Shown here: positions 1 to 9,824 of the stretch, piece after piece
Layout: each line of letters begins with the position of its first letter
Numbering within the stretch: the first letter of the stretch is position 1
Source of the DNA: Thermoplasmatales archaeon SW_10_69_26
GTDB taxonomy: Archaea > Thermoplasmatota > SW-10-69-26
Direction: 5' to 3'
Assembly (NCBI GenBank): GCA_003009755.1
Contig: PXUB01000019.1
Span: forward strand, 1 to 22,968
Length of the DNA stretch: 22,968 bases
The notes under the pieces: generated by a model
Told to the model about the DNA's origin: nothing
What the model saw: only the letters and a program-made list of their open reading frames with translations
Database searches by the model: none
Program-made: the position numbers and the translations under genes

Positions 1-213
1 CCGGCGCCACCGCACGGACCGATGCTCGCGAGAGGGCGGATCCCCGATCCGCCCGAATCTGGAGATCGCCGCCCCCATCGCCCCGCTCACCCCCCTCGTG
101 GGTGCCGCCTTCCCGTTGTCAGCCACCCCTTGCCGTGCCTTCCGTCCCCTGTGCGCGTTGCACAATTCTTAAACCCAGGTAGGGAGTACCAGGCGTCGAA
201 TGGGGTCGTCGTC

Positions 214-1755
214 TTGACCGCTGATGATGAAGGTCCGACGGAGCCAGGCAGCGAGGAGCTCGATCGGGTGCGTCAGGCTCTCGACGAAGGGTCCGACGTG
301 TCCGCTGAGGATCTCAGCGAGGATGAGCGACGGCTGCTGGAGTCCCTCGACGAGCGGGTCGAGGAGACGGTCGAAGGGGTCGAAGGAGCTCCCAGCTCCG
401 AAGGGACACCGGCGGACGAAGCCGAGGAGGAAGCCGTCACACGGGTCGGCGAGGCGGACGAGGCCCCGGAGGAGGGGTCCTCGGACGTCGAGACGACCGA
501 GGACGCCGTCCAGCCGCTCCACGAGGCCGTGACGGCCGACGAGGTGGCGGAGACCTCGGGTGAGGAGGAAGCCGAGCAGGCCAGCCGCGACGAGGCGAGC
601 GAGGAGGCCGCCAAGATCCACGAGCGCGAGGCCGAGGAGGCCACCTCGGAGACGGGCGACGAGACCGTCGACGAGGAGCCCGAGCCGGCGGACCCCGATA
701 CGGAGACGACGGCCGAGGAGGATCCGCTCAGCCAGCAGGCCGAGCAGGCGCTGGAGGCGGCCTCCCGACGACCCTCGCAGGCCGACGCCGATCCCCGGGC
801 CTCCGTCGACAGCGGTTCCGTGATGGATCTGTTGAGCCCCTTCACCGTCGTGGCTCCCCCGCAAGGCTCGATCGAGGGCGACTGGGTCGTCGAAGGCGAA
901 CAGCAGCAGACGACCGACGACGACCTCGGCCTCGGCGCCGAGCCGGAGGTCGAGGAGCCCTGGTCCGGAGAGGACGAGGACGCCCAGGCCGAGGAGGGCG
1001 TTCCCGCTTGGCCGGACGAGGAAGACGACGAGGAAGAGGGCCTCGAGGACGAGGAGCCCGAGCCCTGGCCCGGCGAGGAGGAGTGGGCCGAGGACGAGGA
1101 CGACGACGAGGTGTTTGAGGCCGAAGCCGAGCCCGAGCAGGAGGAAGCCTTCGAGGACGACGAGGAGTTCTGGGAGGATCTGCTCGAGGACGAACCCGCC
1201 GACGAGGACGAGGAAGCCTTCGAGGAGCCGGCCGAGGACCCCGACGACGACGAGCCGCTGTTCGAGGACGCCGGAGACTGGCTCGAAGAGGACGAAGACG
1301 ACCCCGCCACCGAGGGCGAGCGAGCGCGCGAGGAGCGCGACGCCTGGATCGAGGAGAGCCTCGAGGAGGAGGCCGGCGAGGAGGAGGAAGTCGAGTTCGC
1401 GATCAGCGACGACGACCCGGCCGAGCACGAGGCCGACGACGACGAGGACACGATCGAGTTCTCCCTATCCGAAGACGAGGGGAACCCTTCTGAGCCGGCG
1501 GCCGAGGAGGAGGCCATGAGGGCAGAGGCCGACGAGGCCGAACCCCCGGCCGAGCACGAGGACGCCTACACGCACGGCCCCTACACGCTGTACCGCAAGA
1601 CGGTGGAAGGCAGTGAAGGCGAGACGGAGGATCTGTTCTTCTTCGCCCGCAACCCGCCCGACGACGCGGAAGCCACCGAGCTGCCCGACGAGCACGAGGT
1701 CGGCGTGAACGACCGCACCGGTGTCCCCTTCGTTCGCGAGAGCGACGAGGACTAG
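214..1755 (+). CDS. Extremely acidic, probably disordered protein with a small C-terminal globular domain (YTHGPYTLYRK...LFFFAR...LPDEHEVGVNDRTGVPFVR)
   Basis: Long GAG/GAC-rich ORF. The first ~64 codons of the track ORF (from 22) look non-coding. TATA-like CTTAAA at ~168 is followed by an in-frame TTG at 214; start is uncertain. Confidence 0.75.
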   Translation: MTADDEGPTEPGSEELDRVRQALDEGSDVSAEDLSEDERRLLESLDERVEETVEGVEGAPSSEGTPADEAEEEAVTRVGEADEAPEEGSSDVETTEDAVQPLHEAVTADEVAETSGEEEAEQASRDEASEEAAKIHEREAEEATSETGDETVDEEPEPADPDTETTAEEDPLSQQAEQALEAASRRPSQADADPRASVDSGSVMDLLSPFTVVAPPQGSIEGDWVVEGEQQQTTDDDLGLGAEPEVEEPWSGEDEDAQAEEGVPAWPDEEDDEEEGLEDEEPEPWPGEEEWAEDEDDDEVFEAEAEPEQEEAFEDDEEFWEDLLEDEPADEDEEAFEEPAEDPDDDEPLFEDAGDWLEEDEDDPATEGERAREERDAWIEESLEEEAGEEEEVEFAISDDDPAEHEADDDEDTIEFSLSEDEGNPSEPAAEEEAMRAEADEAEPPAEHEDAYTHGPYTLYRKTVEGSEGETEDLFFFARNPPDDAEATELPDEHEVGVNDRTGVPFVRESDED

Positions 1756-2031
1756 TCAGAGGTCCAAGGCGCCCTCTTCGCACCAGAGGGCGAAGCGCTC
1801 GGGCGATTCCGTGAGGACCTTGACCTCGCGGTCGTCGATCGCGACCAGGCGTCCCCCTTCGGTGTCGACGGTCACGTCTTCGTCGGCGACCAACGCCTGG
1901 GTGACCTCGTCCACGTGGGCGGTCCCGATCCACCACGCGACCGGGGTCAGCTCGCGGTCCTCGGCCGCGGTCTCGAGCGCGTGCAGCCGCTCCTGGACGG
2001 AAGGCATCGCCTGGGCCAGGGAGGCTTGCAT
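1756..2031 (-). CDS. Small acidic hypothetical protein (~91 aa)
   Basis: Host-like codon usage and acidic composition. It fills the gap between the acidic ORF and the pyrB promoter, with its stop abutting the stop of the previous gene. ATG at 2031. Confidence 0.65.
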   Translation of the reverse strand: MQASLAQAMPSVQERLHALETAAEDRELTPVAWWIGTAHVDEVTQALVADEDVTVDTEGGRLVAIDDREVKVLTESPERFALWCEEGALDL

Positions 2032-2063
2032 CAAGGGCTTTGCCGCCGGAAGGAAGTAAGCTC

Positions 2064-2069
2064 TTTAAG
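2064..2069 (+). promoter_or_regulatory. TATA box of pyrBI (possibly shared with the divergent gene)
   Basis: TTTAAG ~25 nt upstream of the ATG at 2092, consistent with a leaderless archaeal transcript. Confidence 0.6.
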
Positions 2070-2091
2070 CGGGTGGCGGTTGGGTTGGTGC

Positions 2092-3030
2092 ATGTCCCCC
2101 GACGGCCGTGGCGACACCCCAGAGGGTGGCCGCAGCCTGGTCAGCGTGCGCGACCTCGACCGGGACCGCATCGATACGATCCTGGACGAGGCCGAGCGCT
2201 TCCAGAAGGCGCTCGACGGCGACGGGCCCCAGCAGACCGCCTCGAACCGCGTGCTCGCCGCCCTGTTCTACGAACCATCGACCCGGACGCGATTGTCCTT
2301 CGAATCCGCCATGCAGCGGCTCGGCGGAGACACGATCACCATCTCGGAGGCCTCCGCCTCGAGCATGGCCAAGGGTGAGTCGCTGGCCGACACCGTTCGC
2401 GTCGTCAGCGGGTACGCCGACGCCATCGTGCTCCGACATCCCCGCCAGGGATCGGCGCGCCTGGCCGCCCGCTTCGCCGACGTCCCGGTCGTTAACGCCG
2501 GCGACGGCGCCGGCGAACATCCGACGCAGACGCTGACCGACCTGCTGACGATCCGTCAAGCCTCCGGCAGCCTCGAGGACGCCACCGTCGTCGTGGCGGG
2601 AGACCTGCGCTACGGCCGCACCGTGCACAGCCTGGGCCTGGCGCTGGGCATCTACGGGGCCAACCTGCGCCTGGTGCCCACCGGCGATCTCGATCTGCCA
2701 GCCGACCTCGAGGAGGAGATCCGAAGCCGGGGAGCCTCCATCGAGCGCGCCGACGCCATCGGGGACGCGCTCCCGCAGGCCGACATCCTCTACCAGACGC
2801 GTGTGCAGGAGGAACGGATCGAAGGGACCGGCGCTCGCCCGGAGACCGTGACCCTCGAGACGCTGCGCGAGGCCCCCGCTGGCCTCAAGGTCATGCATCC
2901 GCTGCCCCGCGTGGGTGGCATCGATCCAGCGGTCGACGACTCCGACCACGCCGTCTACTTCGAGCAGGCGCGCAACGGGCTGCCGATCCGGCTCGCCGTC
3001 CTGAACCAGATCTTCGGTGATCGATCGTGA
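2092..3030 (+). CDS. pyrB: Aspartate carbamoyltransferase catalytic subunit
   Basis: Motifs FYEPSTRTRLSFE, KGESLADT, NAGDG..EHPTQ, GDLRYGRTVHSL, RVQEER and MHPLPR. Start moved to ATG 2092, downstream of the TATA box. Confidence 0.97.
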   Translation: MSPDGRGDTPEGGRSLVSVRDLDRDRIDTILDEAERFQKALDGDGPQQTASNRVLAALFYEPSTRTRLSFESAMQRLGGDTITISEASASSMAKGESLADTVRVVSGYADAIVLRHPRQGSARLAARFADVPVVNAGDGAGEHPTQTLTDLLTIRQASGSLEDATVVVAGDLRYGRTVHSLGLALGIYGANLRLVPTGDLDLPADLEEEIRSRGASIERADAIGDALPQADILYQTRVQEERIEGTGARPETVTLETLREAPAGLKVMHPLPRVGGIDPAVDDSDHAVYFEQARNGLPIRLAVLNQIFGDRS

Positions 3031-3488
3031 GAGAGCTCAAGGTCACTCCGATCCGCAACGGGACCGTCATCGACCACCTGCCGGCCGGGTCCGCGCTGGG
3101 CATCTGCCAGGTGCTCGGCATCCCGCGTCCCGGTTCGGCCTCGACGGTGAGCGTCGTCATGAACGTGCCCTCGGACGCGATGGGGCACAAGGACATCATC
3201 AAGGTGGAGGACCGGGACCTGCACGAGGACGCCCAGCAGCAGCTGGCCGTCATGGCGCCCAACGCGACGGTCAACACGATCCGTGACTACCACGTCTCGG
3301 AGAAGCGCACGCCCGAGGCGCCCGAGACCGTGAAGAACCTGGCCGCGTGCCCGAACCCCGGCTGCATCACGAACGACGAGGAGCCGGTGTCCTCGGAGTT
3401 CGACGTGCACCGGAACGGCGACGGCTACGAGCTCTCCTGCGCCTTCTGCGTGGAACGCATCGAGGACCCGATCGAGCTCGTCGGCTGA
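3027..3488 (+). CDS. pyrI: Aspartate carbamoyltransferase regulatory subunit
   Basis: IRNGTVIDHL, KDIIKVE and zinc ligands CPNPGCITN...CAFC. GTGA overlap with the pyrB stop. Confidence 0.97.
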   Translation: MRELKVTPIRNGTVIDHLPAGSALGICQVLGIPRPGSASTVSVVMNVPSDAMGHKDIIKVEDRDLHEDAQQQLAVMAPNATVNTIRDYHVSEKRTPEAPETVKNLAACPNPGCITNDEEPVSSEFDVHRNGDGYELSCAFCVERIEDPIELVG

Positions 3489-3491
3489 GCG

Positions 3492-4748
3492 CTATCCCTC
3501 GAGGTCCTCGGCGAAGCGCCGGGCCGCGCTCGCCGACACATCGTCGGCCTCGACCATCCGCTCGGCGACGTCGTCGATCTGGTCCGACCCGACGCCGGCT
3601 TGACGGGCGAGGTTGGCGGCGTGCAAGCGCATGTGGCCCTCTTGGATGCCCTCGGCGACGAGGGCTCGAAGAGCGGCGACGTTCTGCGCCATCCCGACGC
3701 TGGCCGCGATCCGCGCCAGCTCGGGTCCGCTCGGTTCCCCCATCAGCTCTAGGGCCGCCTGCGCCGAGGGCAACGACGAGGTCGCCCCGCCGACGACGCC
3801 GGCTTGGACGGGGACCTCGAGCCTGCCGTGCAGGTGGCCCTCCTCGGTGACCTCGTAGCGGGTCAACGCCTGGTAGCGGCCCTCGCGGGCGGCCCACGCG
3901 TGGGCGCCGGCCTCCTGGGCGCGCGTGTCGTTGCCGGTGGCCAGCATGACGGCGGTGATGCCGTTCATCACGCCCTTGTTGTGCGTGGCTGCGCGGCACG
4001 TGTCCGCGCGCGCGATACGGTTGGCCGTCACGATGTCCTCGACGACGTCGCGGCCGCCCAGCTCCTCGCGATCGAAGGTGGCTTCCACGCGGACCACGCG
4101 GCGACGGGCGAGGTTGGAGAGGATGCGCAACAGCGCCCGGCCGCCGGTGAGGTCCTCGAGCCGCGGGGCGAGCCGTTCGGCGAGCTCGTTCACGTAGTTG
4201 GCGCCCATCGCGTCGCGGACGTCGGCGACGAGGTGGACGCTCAGGGCCGAGTCACCCTCGGGCAGATCGTGGCGGTGCGTGGACAGCTCGCGGGGCCCGC
4301 CGCCGCGCTTCTCCATCGAGCCCTCGGGATCGCGCAGGCCGGCCACGAGCTCGTCGGCGTGATCCTCGACGGTGGCCTGGGCCTCGTCCACGTCGACGTC
4401 GACGAGGTGGACCTGGGCGACCATCTCGGGCCGGCCGCCCTCGGCCTGGAATCCGCCGTGGGGGCGGGCGGTCTTGGCGGCGTGGCTGGCCGCGGCGACG
4501 ACGCTGGATTCCTCGGTTGCCATCGGGACGAGCACGTCGTCACCGTCGACGACGACGTTCGTGGCGACGCCGATCGGCAACGTGAGGCGCCCGAGCACGT
4601 TCTCGGACATCTCCTCGAGCACCGCGTCCTCGGGCGCCCGGTCGAGGGCCTCAAGGGTCTCGGGGTCGACGCCGGCCTCGTCGACGAGGCGCTTGCGGCG
4701 GCCCTCGCGGTCGTGTTCATGGAACCCGGGCAGGCGGCTGGTGGTCAC
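3492..4748 (-). CDS. mvaA: Class II hydroxymethylglutaryl-CoA reductase
   Basis: Motifs SRLPGF, ENVLG, PMATEESSVVAA, DAMGAN, THNKGVMNG, GNDTRA and GIQEGHMRLH. Probable start is GTG 4748 (MTTSRL), ~25 nt after an AT-rich box. Confidence 0.95.
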   Translation of the reverse strand: MTTSRLPGFHEHDREGRRKRLVDEAGVDPETLEALDRAPEDAVLEEMSENVLGRLTLPIGVATNVVVDGDDVLVPMATEESSVVAAASHAAKTARPHGGFQAEGGRPEMVAQVHLVDVDVDEAQATVEDHADELVAGLRDPEGSMEKRGGGPRELSTHRHDLPEGDSALSVHLVADVRDAMGANYVNELAERLAPRLEDLTGGRALLRILSNLARRRVVRVEATFDREELGGRDVVEDIVTANRIARADTCRAATHNKGVMNGITAVMLATGNDTRAQEAGAHAWAAREGRYQALTRYEVTEEGHLHGRLEVPVQAGVVGGATSSLPSAQAALELMGEPSGPELARIAASVGMAQNVAALRALVAEGIQEGHMRLHAANLARQAGVGSDQIDDVAERMVEADDVSASAARRFAEDLEG

Positions 4749-4802
4749 CGCCGCGGCAACGGGGTCCCCGTTCAAGTAGCCTGAGGGTACGACGTGGGCA
4801 GA

Positions 4803-4916
4803 CCTCACGCCTGCGTGGGACGAAGAGGGTCACGAGGGGAGGAGTGTGTGCCCGGGAACACCGAAGGGGCGAGGGGGCGAGGAGCGAGGGGGGCGATGTC
4901 CCCGGGCGGCGTGAAG
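4803..4916 (-). other. Structured intergenic element: 9-bp outer stem enclosing a 14-bp stem with a 30-nt C-rich loop
   Basis: 4850-4863 pairs with 4894-4907, and 4803-4811 pairs with 4908-4916. The mismatches resolve as G-U pairs only on the minus strand. Confidence 0.4.
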
Positions 4917-5133
4917 GGACGGCCGGTGGGCCTCGGCTGGCCCGCATCCCATCCACACCGCATGCTCTCTCGTGGGGGATATCAAGCTCTCCGGTGGAGT
5001 GGTCGAAAGGTCGAGGGTGGACGGCCGCGGGAGACGGCAGCCGGCGACGCCGGGGCCCGGAACCTTGGGATTCGACGCAGACCGGTCCGTTTTTCCCGGC
5101 CGTCCCGGCTCCGACCGTTCGGGGTTGTACCCG

Positions 5134-5397
5134 ATGACGGGACGCATCGCACGGATCGGAACCCTGAGCCTCGCGCTTGCCCTGGTCGCGATGACCGCGC
5201 CGGGCGAGCTGGTCGAACCGCTGGCCGACGAGGAAGCCGACAGCCTGGCTCCGACGGCCGAGGCCCACGTCTGCGTGCTCCAAGTGGGCACGGACAACTA
5301 CGAGTGCCCGCGCGACGGGTGCGACGACGAGCGCTTCCACGTCCACGTCCCGCGCCACGGGCCGAGCTGCATCGGCGTGGGCCCGTTGAAGGGCTGA
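5134..5397 (+). CDS. Small secreted Cys/His-rich protein (87 aa)
   Basis: ATG 5134, basic N-region plus hydrophobic stretch (RIARIGTLSLALALVAM), an acidic linker, then a 43-aa segment with 4 Cys and 4 His. Host-like codon usage. Confidence 0.7.
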   Translation: MTGRIARIGTLSLALALVAMTAPGELVEPLADEEADSLAPTAEAHVCVLQVGTDNYECPRDGCDDERFHVHVPRHGPSCIGVGPLKG

Positions 5398-5407
5398 GGG
5401 TCCACCC

Positions 5408-5710
5408 TAGCCTGCCGGACTCGATGTGCGTAACATCTCGCGGCGGCCTGAGCGAGTCGAGGTCAAGGAGGCCGAAGCAGGAAACCCCTCTGCGGGTTTT
5501 CGATGCAGGCCGACGATGAGATCGGCCGCTCAGGCCGCCGCCCGACGGGCCGCCCTCAGCAGGCCGACGCCGACGGGAACGCCCTCGCCGCTCCCGCAAG
5601 CGTCGTCGCCGTCGACCTCGAAAGGCCCTCCGGGCATTCCTTCGTCTCGGCTCCTAGCTTTCGACCTGCTGAGGGCGGCGAGAGTTACGCAGATAACGTC
5701 CGGCAGTCTA
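5408..5710. mobile_element. MITE-like non-autonomous element (303 bp) with imperfect ~34-bp terminal inverted repeats
   Basis: Left end TAGCCTGCCGGACTCGATGTGCGTAACATCTCGC versus reverse complement of right end TAGACTGCCGGACGTTATCTGCGTAAC-TCTCGC (28/34 by hand). ACCC lies directly on both sides (5404-5407, 5711-5714). No transposase in the window. Confidence 0.6.
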
Positions 5711-5735
5711 ACCCCGGGCCGGCCGGGGCCTTCGT

Positions 5736-6902
<1,167 letters not shown>

Positions 6903-7173
6903 GGTTGCCTCCTGCGAGGCCGCTCGTTGCGATAAAGGTTTGCGTGGACCCACGACCGGGCTGTCTCGTTAAGCAGGGGCCGCGAAGGACACGAAGGATC
7001 GCCAAGGCCACGAAGGGCCTGCGACTCGCCGCCGGGCGGCGTTGTCACGGCAGCTGCTCCCCGTTGTGCCCTGGCGTCCCCTCGCGTACTTGGTGGTCCC
7101 CCCGTTTCTTATCCTTGCAGCCCGACCCACGACGGCCTGGGGCCGGGTTCGGGTTGGACCGCTACGGGCAGCC

Positions 7174-7389
7174 TCAGGGTCCTCGCCCGGCGGCGACGGC
7201 GCGGCTGCGGGTCGGTTCCTCGGAACCGAGCAGCGCGCGGGCATCGTCCCGGTCGAGTTCGACCGTGGCTCGGGCCTCGGCCCGAGCGAGGTCGACGGTC
7301 ACGTGTTCCCACGTCGAGGAGACGTCGATCACGCGGAAGCCATCGTCGAGCAGTTCGTCGAGCCGGCGAATCGTCGCGGAGGCGGTCAA
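7174..7389 (-). CDS. Small hypothetical protein (~71 aa), apparent paralog of 7530-7754
   Basis: Coding-like acidic ORF. Probable TTG start 7389 (GTG 7398 is an alternative). Shares the pattern DG..VxST...LDxDDxRxLL with its neighbour. Confidence 0.65.
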   Translation of the reverse strand: MTASATIRRLDELLDDGFRVIDVSSTWEHVTVDLARAEARATVELDRDDARALLGSEEPTRSRAVAAGRGP

Positions 7390-7529
7390 GACTCCCACCG
7401 CATGCGGGCAAGTCTCGGCGCTGTAAACACCCAGGCGAGAGGGCAGAAGGGCCGAAAGGGCAAGCTTTTAGAACCTCGTCCGAGGCGCGCGAGGATGGTT
7501 GCGAGCCACCCTCAAGCGTGACAGAGCGT

Positions 7530-7754
7530 TCACACGACCATCTTGGCTTCGCTTCGTCGCTCGGTCACCTCCTCCAGCACGCCGGCCGCCAGGAGGTTCC
7601 TCGTGTCATCTGCGTCCAGCCGGTAGCGGTCGGTGTCGGTCGTGCCCTCGAACACGAGGACGAGGCGATCGTCGGTGGAGTCGACGGATCGGAGTTCGGC
7701 GCCGTCGTTCACGGATCGGCGGATCTCTTCCACGATTCCGGTCGATGGCGTCAA
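7530..7754 (-). CDS. Small hypothetical protein (74 aa), apparent paralog of 7174-7389
   Basis: Corresponds to the C-terminal end of the spurious 519-aa antisense ORF. GGTGA SD-like motif just before TTG 7754. Sequence MTPSTGIVEEIRRSVNDGAELRSVDSTDDRLVLVFEGTTDTDRYRLDADDTRNLLAAGVLEEV... Confidence 0.6.
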   Translation of the reverse strand: MTPSTGIVEEIRRSVNDGAELRSVDSTDDRLVLVFEGTTDTDRYRLDADDTRNLLAAGVLEEVTERRSEAKMVV

Positions 7755-7925
7755 GGGATCACCAACGGTCGAACACCCTCGAGGTAGAGAGGACCACGGG
7801 AGAGGACGGTCGACCGAGAGCCAGGCTCTCCCGATGACAGAAGGTGCCCGACCCCCGCCGTTCATACGGGAGGAGCGCGCCAGCGGTGCGTCAGGTATTT
7901 GAGCAGGGCCCCCGGTGCCGGCGGC

Positions 7926-9053
7926 GTGTCGGGGAACACGATCGAGGACGTGACGATCGTCGGCGGCGGCGGAGCCGGCCTGATCACCGCGTTGACCCTG
8001 CAGGAGCGCGTGCCGAGCCTCGACATCGACGTCCTGGAGCGCGAGCCCAGCGCCTACACGACGCTGTGCGCGGAGGGCATCAGCGACAAGACGCTGGACC
8101 TGTTCACGGCCTTCGATGCCGAGCCCTACTGCGCGGAGGCCTTCGAGGGTGCGCGCTGGTGGTTCCCCGGTCCCGTCGAGGTGCTCGTCAACGAGCCCTG
8201 CTACACGATCGAGCGTTCCTCGTGGTTCCCCGCGATGGCCGAGACCTTCGAGGACCGTGGAGGCACCTACGAGACGGACCGCAAGGTCCGGCCCGAGGAC
8301 GTCGACGAGCTGCGACGCGACACCGACCTGCTCGTCGGTGCCGACGGCCCCGGCTCGAACGTACGCGAGGCGTTGGGTGGCACCGGCATCACGCGGCTGG
8401 GCGTGCAGGTCCGCCTCCAGGCCGACTGGGACGGCGACCGGCTGGAGTTCTTCACCCACGAGGACTTCTCGCCGGAGTACGCCTGGGTGTTCCCGAAGGA
8501 CGACATCCTCAACGTCGGGATCCTCGGCGAAGAGGACGGCAAGGACTTCGACCGGATCGACCGGTTCCGCGACTGGCTGGGCCTGGACGGCAAGATCCGC
8601 AAACGCGAGGCCTACCCGATCGGGTTCGACGCCTCCTTCCTCGCGAAAGGCAACACCGCCCTCATCGGGGACGCCGCCGGCCTGACGAACCCGTTGACGA
8701 AAGGGGGCCTGGCCGCGATCATCCACAGCGCCCGCCTGCTCGCCGACGCGGTCGAGGAGGCCGACGAGGCGTCCAGCAAGGGACCCACGGCCGCCGAACG
8801 CTACGCCAACAGCGTCCGCAACCACCCGATCTCGCACCCCTCCTTCGAGGAGGGGTTGGAGATCATGCTCGACTGGGACAACGAAGACTTCGAGCGGCTG
8901 GCGCGGTTCGCCCCCGAGACGGTCGAGGCGGGCGGAGGGCAGATCAAAGAGAAGCTGTTGTTGGCTCTCGGCATGGGGACGAACCCGACCCTTATCCCCG
9001 AGATCTGGACGCTTTATCGGGCGATGGCCCTTTCGAAGGAGTACTCGTGGTGA
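7926..9053 (+). CDS. FAD-dependent oxidoreductase, geranylgeranyl reductase family
   Basis: IVGGGGAG Rossmann motif, CAEGI, VGADG, YAWVFPK, NVG and IGDAAG..NP..KGG. Probable start GTG 7926 after TATTTGA at ~7896. Confidence 0.85.
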   Translation: MSGNTIEDVTIVGGGGAGLITALTLQERVPSLDIDVLEREPSAYTTLCAEGISDKTLDLFTAFDAEPYCAEAFEGARWWFPGPVEVLVNEPCYTIERSSWFPAMAETFEDRGGTYETDRKVRPEDVDELRRDTDLLVGADGPGSNVREALGGTGITRLGVQVRLQADWDGDRLEFFTHEDFSPEYAWVFPKDDILNVGILGEEDGKDFDRIDRFRDWLGLDGKIRKREAYPIGFDASFLAKGNTALIGDAAGLTNPLTKGGLAAIIHSARLLADAVEEADEASSKGPTAAERYANSVRNHPISHPSFEEGLEIMLDWDNEDFERLARFAPETVEAGGGQIKEKLLLALGMGTNPTLIPEIWTLYRAMALSKEYSW

Positions 9054-9124
9054 CCGTTCGCTCCCGTTTCGAAGCGTGAATGAATCCACGTTGATTTATC
9101 CGTCTCGTGCCCATGCATGACACG

Positions 9125-9313
9125 ATGGGCGAGGCCGAAGGGGACTTGGAAGACCAGCTCTCCGAGCAGAAGGAGATCAAGGTCAAGATCCCGATGGAGC
9201 TGTACCTGAAGCTCCATCAGAACAAGATCATCAACGGAGCCCAGATCAAGGAGGTCGTCCAGGATGCGCTGGACGGCTACTTGGCGGAGATCGGAGACGA
9301 GGACGAGGGCTGA
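9125..9313 (+). CDS. Small ribbon-helix-helix-like (CopG/MetJ-type) protein
   Basis: Alternating strand KEIKVKIP, helix MELYLKLH, Gly turn, then helix IKEVVQDALDGYL. TTTAT box at ~9095. The start could also be 9113. Confidence 0.6.
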   Translation: MGEAEGDLEDQLSEQKEIKVKIPMELYLKLHQNKIINGAQIKEVVQDALDGYLAEIGDEDEG

Positions 9314-9369
9314 CCGGCCCACCTGCGAAGGTATAAGGCCCTGGCCTCGTCTGCTTCGAGCGGGCCCCG

Positions 9370-9822
9370 ATGGCGTTCGAACCCGACCTCGAGACCGAGG
9401 CGGCCGCGTTGCCGACCGAGGACGACGACGAGGAGAGCACCCAGGAGCGCCTGCTGACCGAGATGACGCAGGCCCTCCGCAGCCTCGAGGCGAACACGAA
9501 GGGCGTGTTCGGCTCGGCGGTCGTCGACGGTGACGGGTTCCCGATCGCCTGGGACCTCAAAGGTGGAACCCAGCAGTCCAGCGTGGCCCTCCTGGGCGCA
9601 ACGCTGCGCGAACAGCTGGACCGGTCGTCGACGATCCTCGACCTCGGCGACTTCTCGTCCGGGCTCGTCAAGTTCGACAAGGGCTACCTCGGGATCTTCG
9701 ACCTGAAGACCGACGACCTGTTCCTCGTGATCCTCGCCGGTAGCCAGGTGAACATCATGGATCTGCTGCTGGAGAACGACGCGGTCCTCCGCGAGCTGAA
9801 GGAGATCCTCGGAGGTGGCTGA
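9370..9822 (+). CDS. Roadblock/LC7 (MglB-like) domain protein
   Basis: Helix followed by GVFGSAVVDGDGFPIA, a second helix and three C-terminal strands, the typical Roadblock pattern. TATAAG at ~9332. Confidence 0.8.
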   Translation: MAFEPDLETEAAALPTEDDDEESTQERLLTEMTQALRSLEANTKGVFGSAVVDGDGFPIAWDLKGGTQQSSVALLGATLREQLDRSSTILDLGDFSSGLVKFDKGYLGIFDLKTDDLFLVILAGSQVNIMDLLLENDAVLRELKEILGGG

Positions 9823-9824
9823 GG

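Noticed and set aside
5429-5690. Integron attC site (GCGTAAC...GTTACGC)
   Set aside because: About 260 bp is too long, the ends do not fit RYYYAAC/GTTRRRY, and there is no cassette array or integrase.
6948-7133. Short repeats upstream of the acyl-CoA dehydrogenase (GACCCACGAC twice, CGAAGG three times)
   Set aside because: Too short and GC-rich to distinguish from chance, with no clear operator symmetry.
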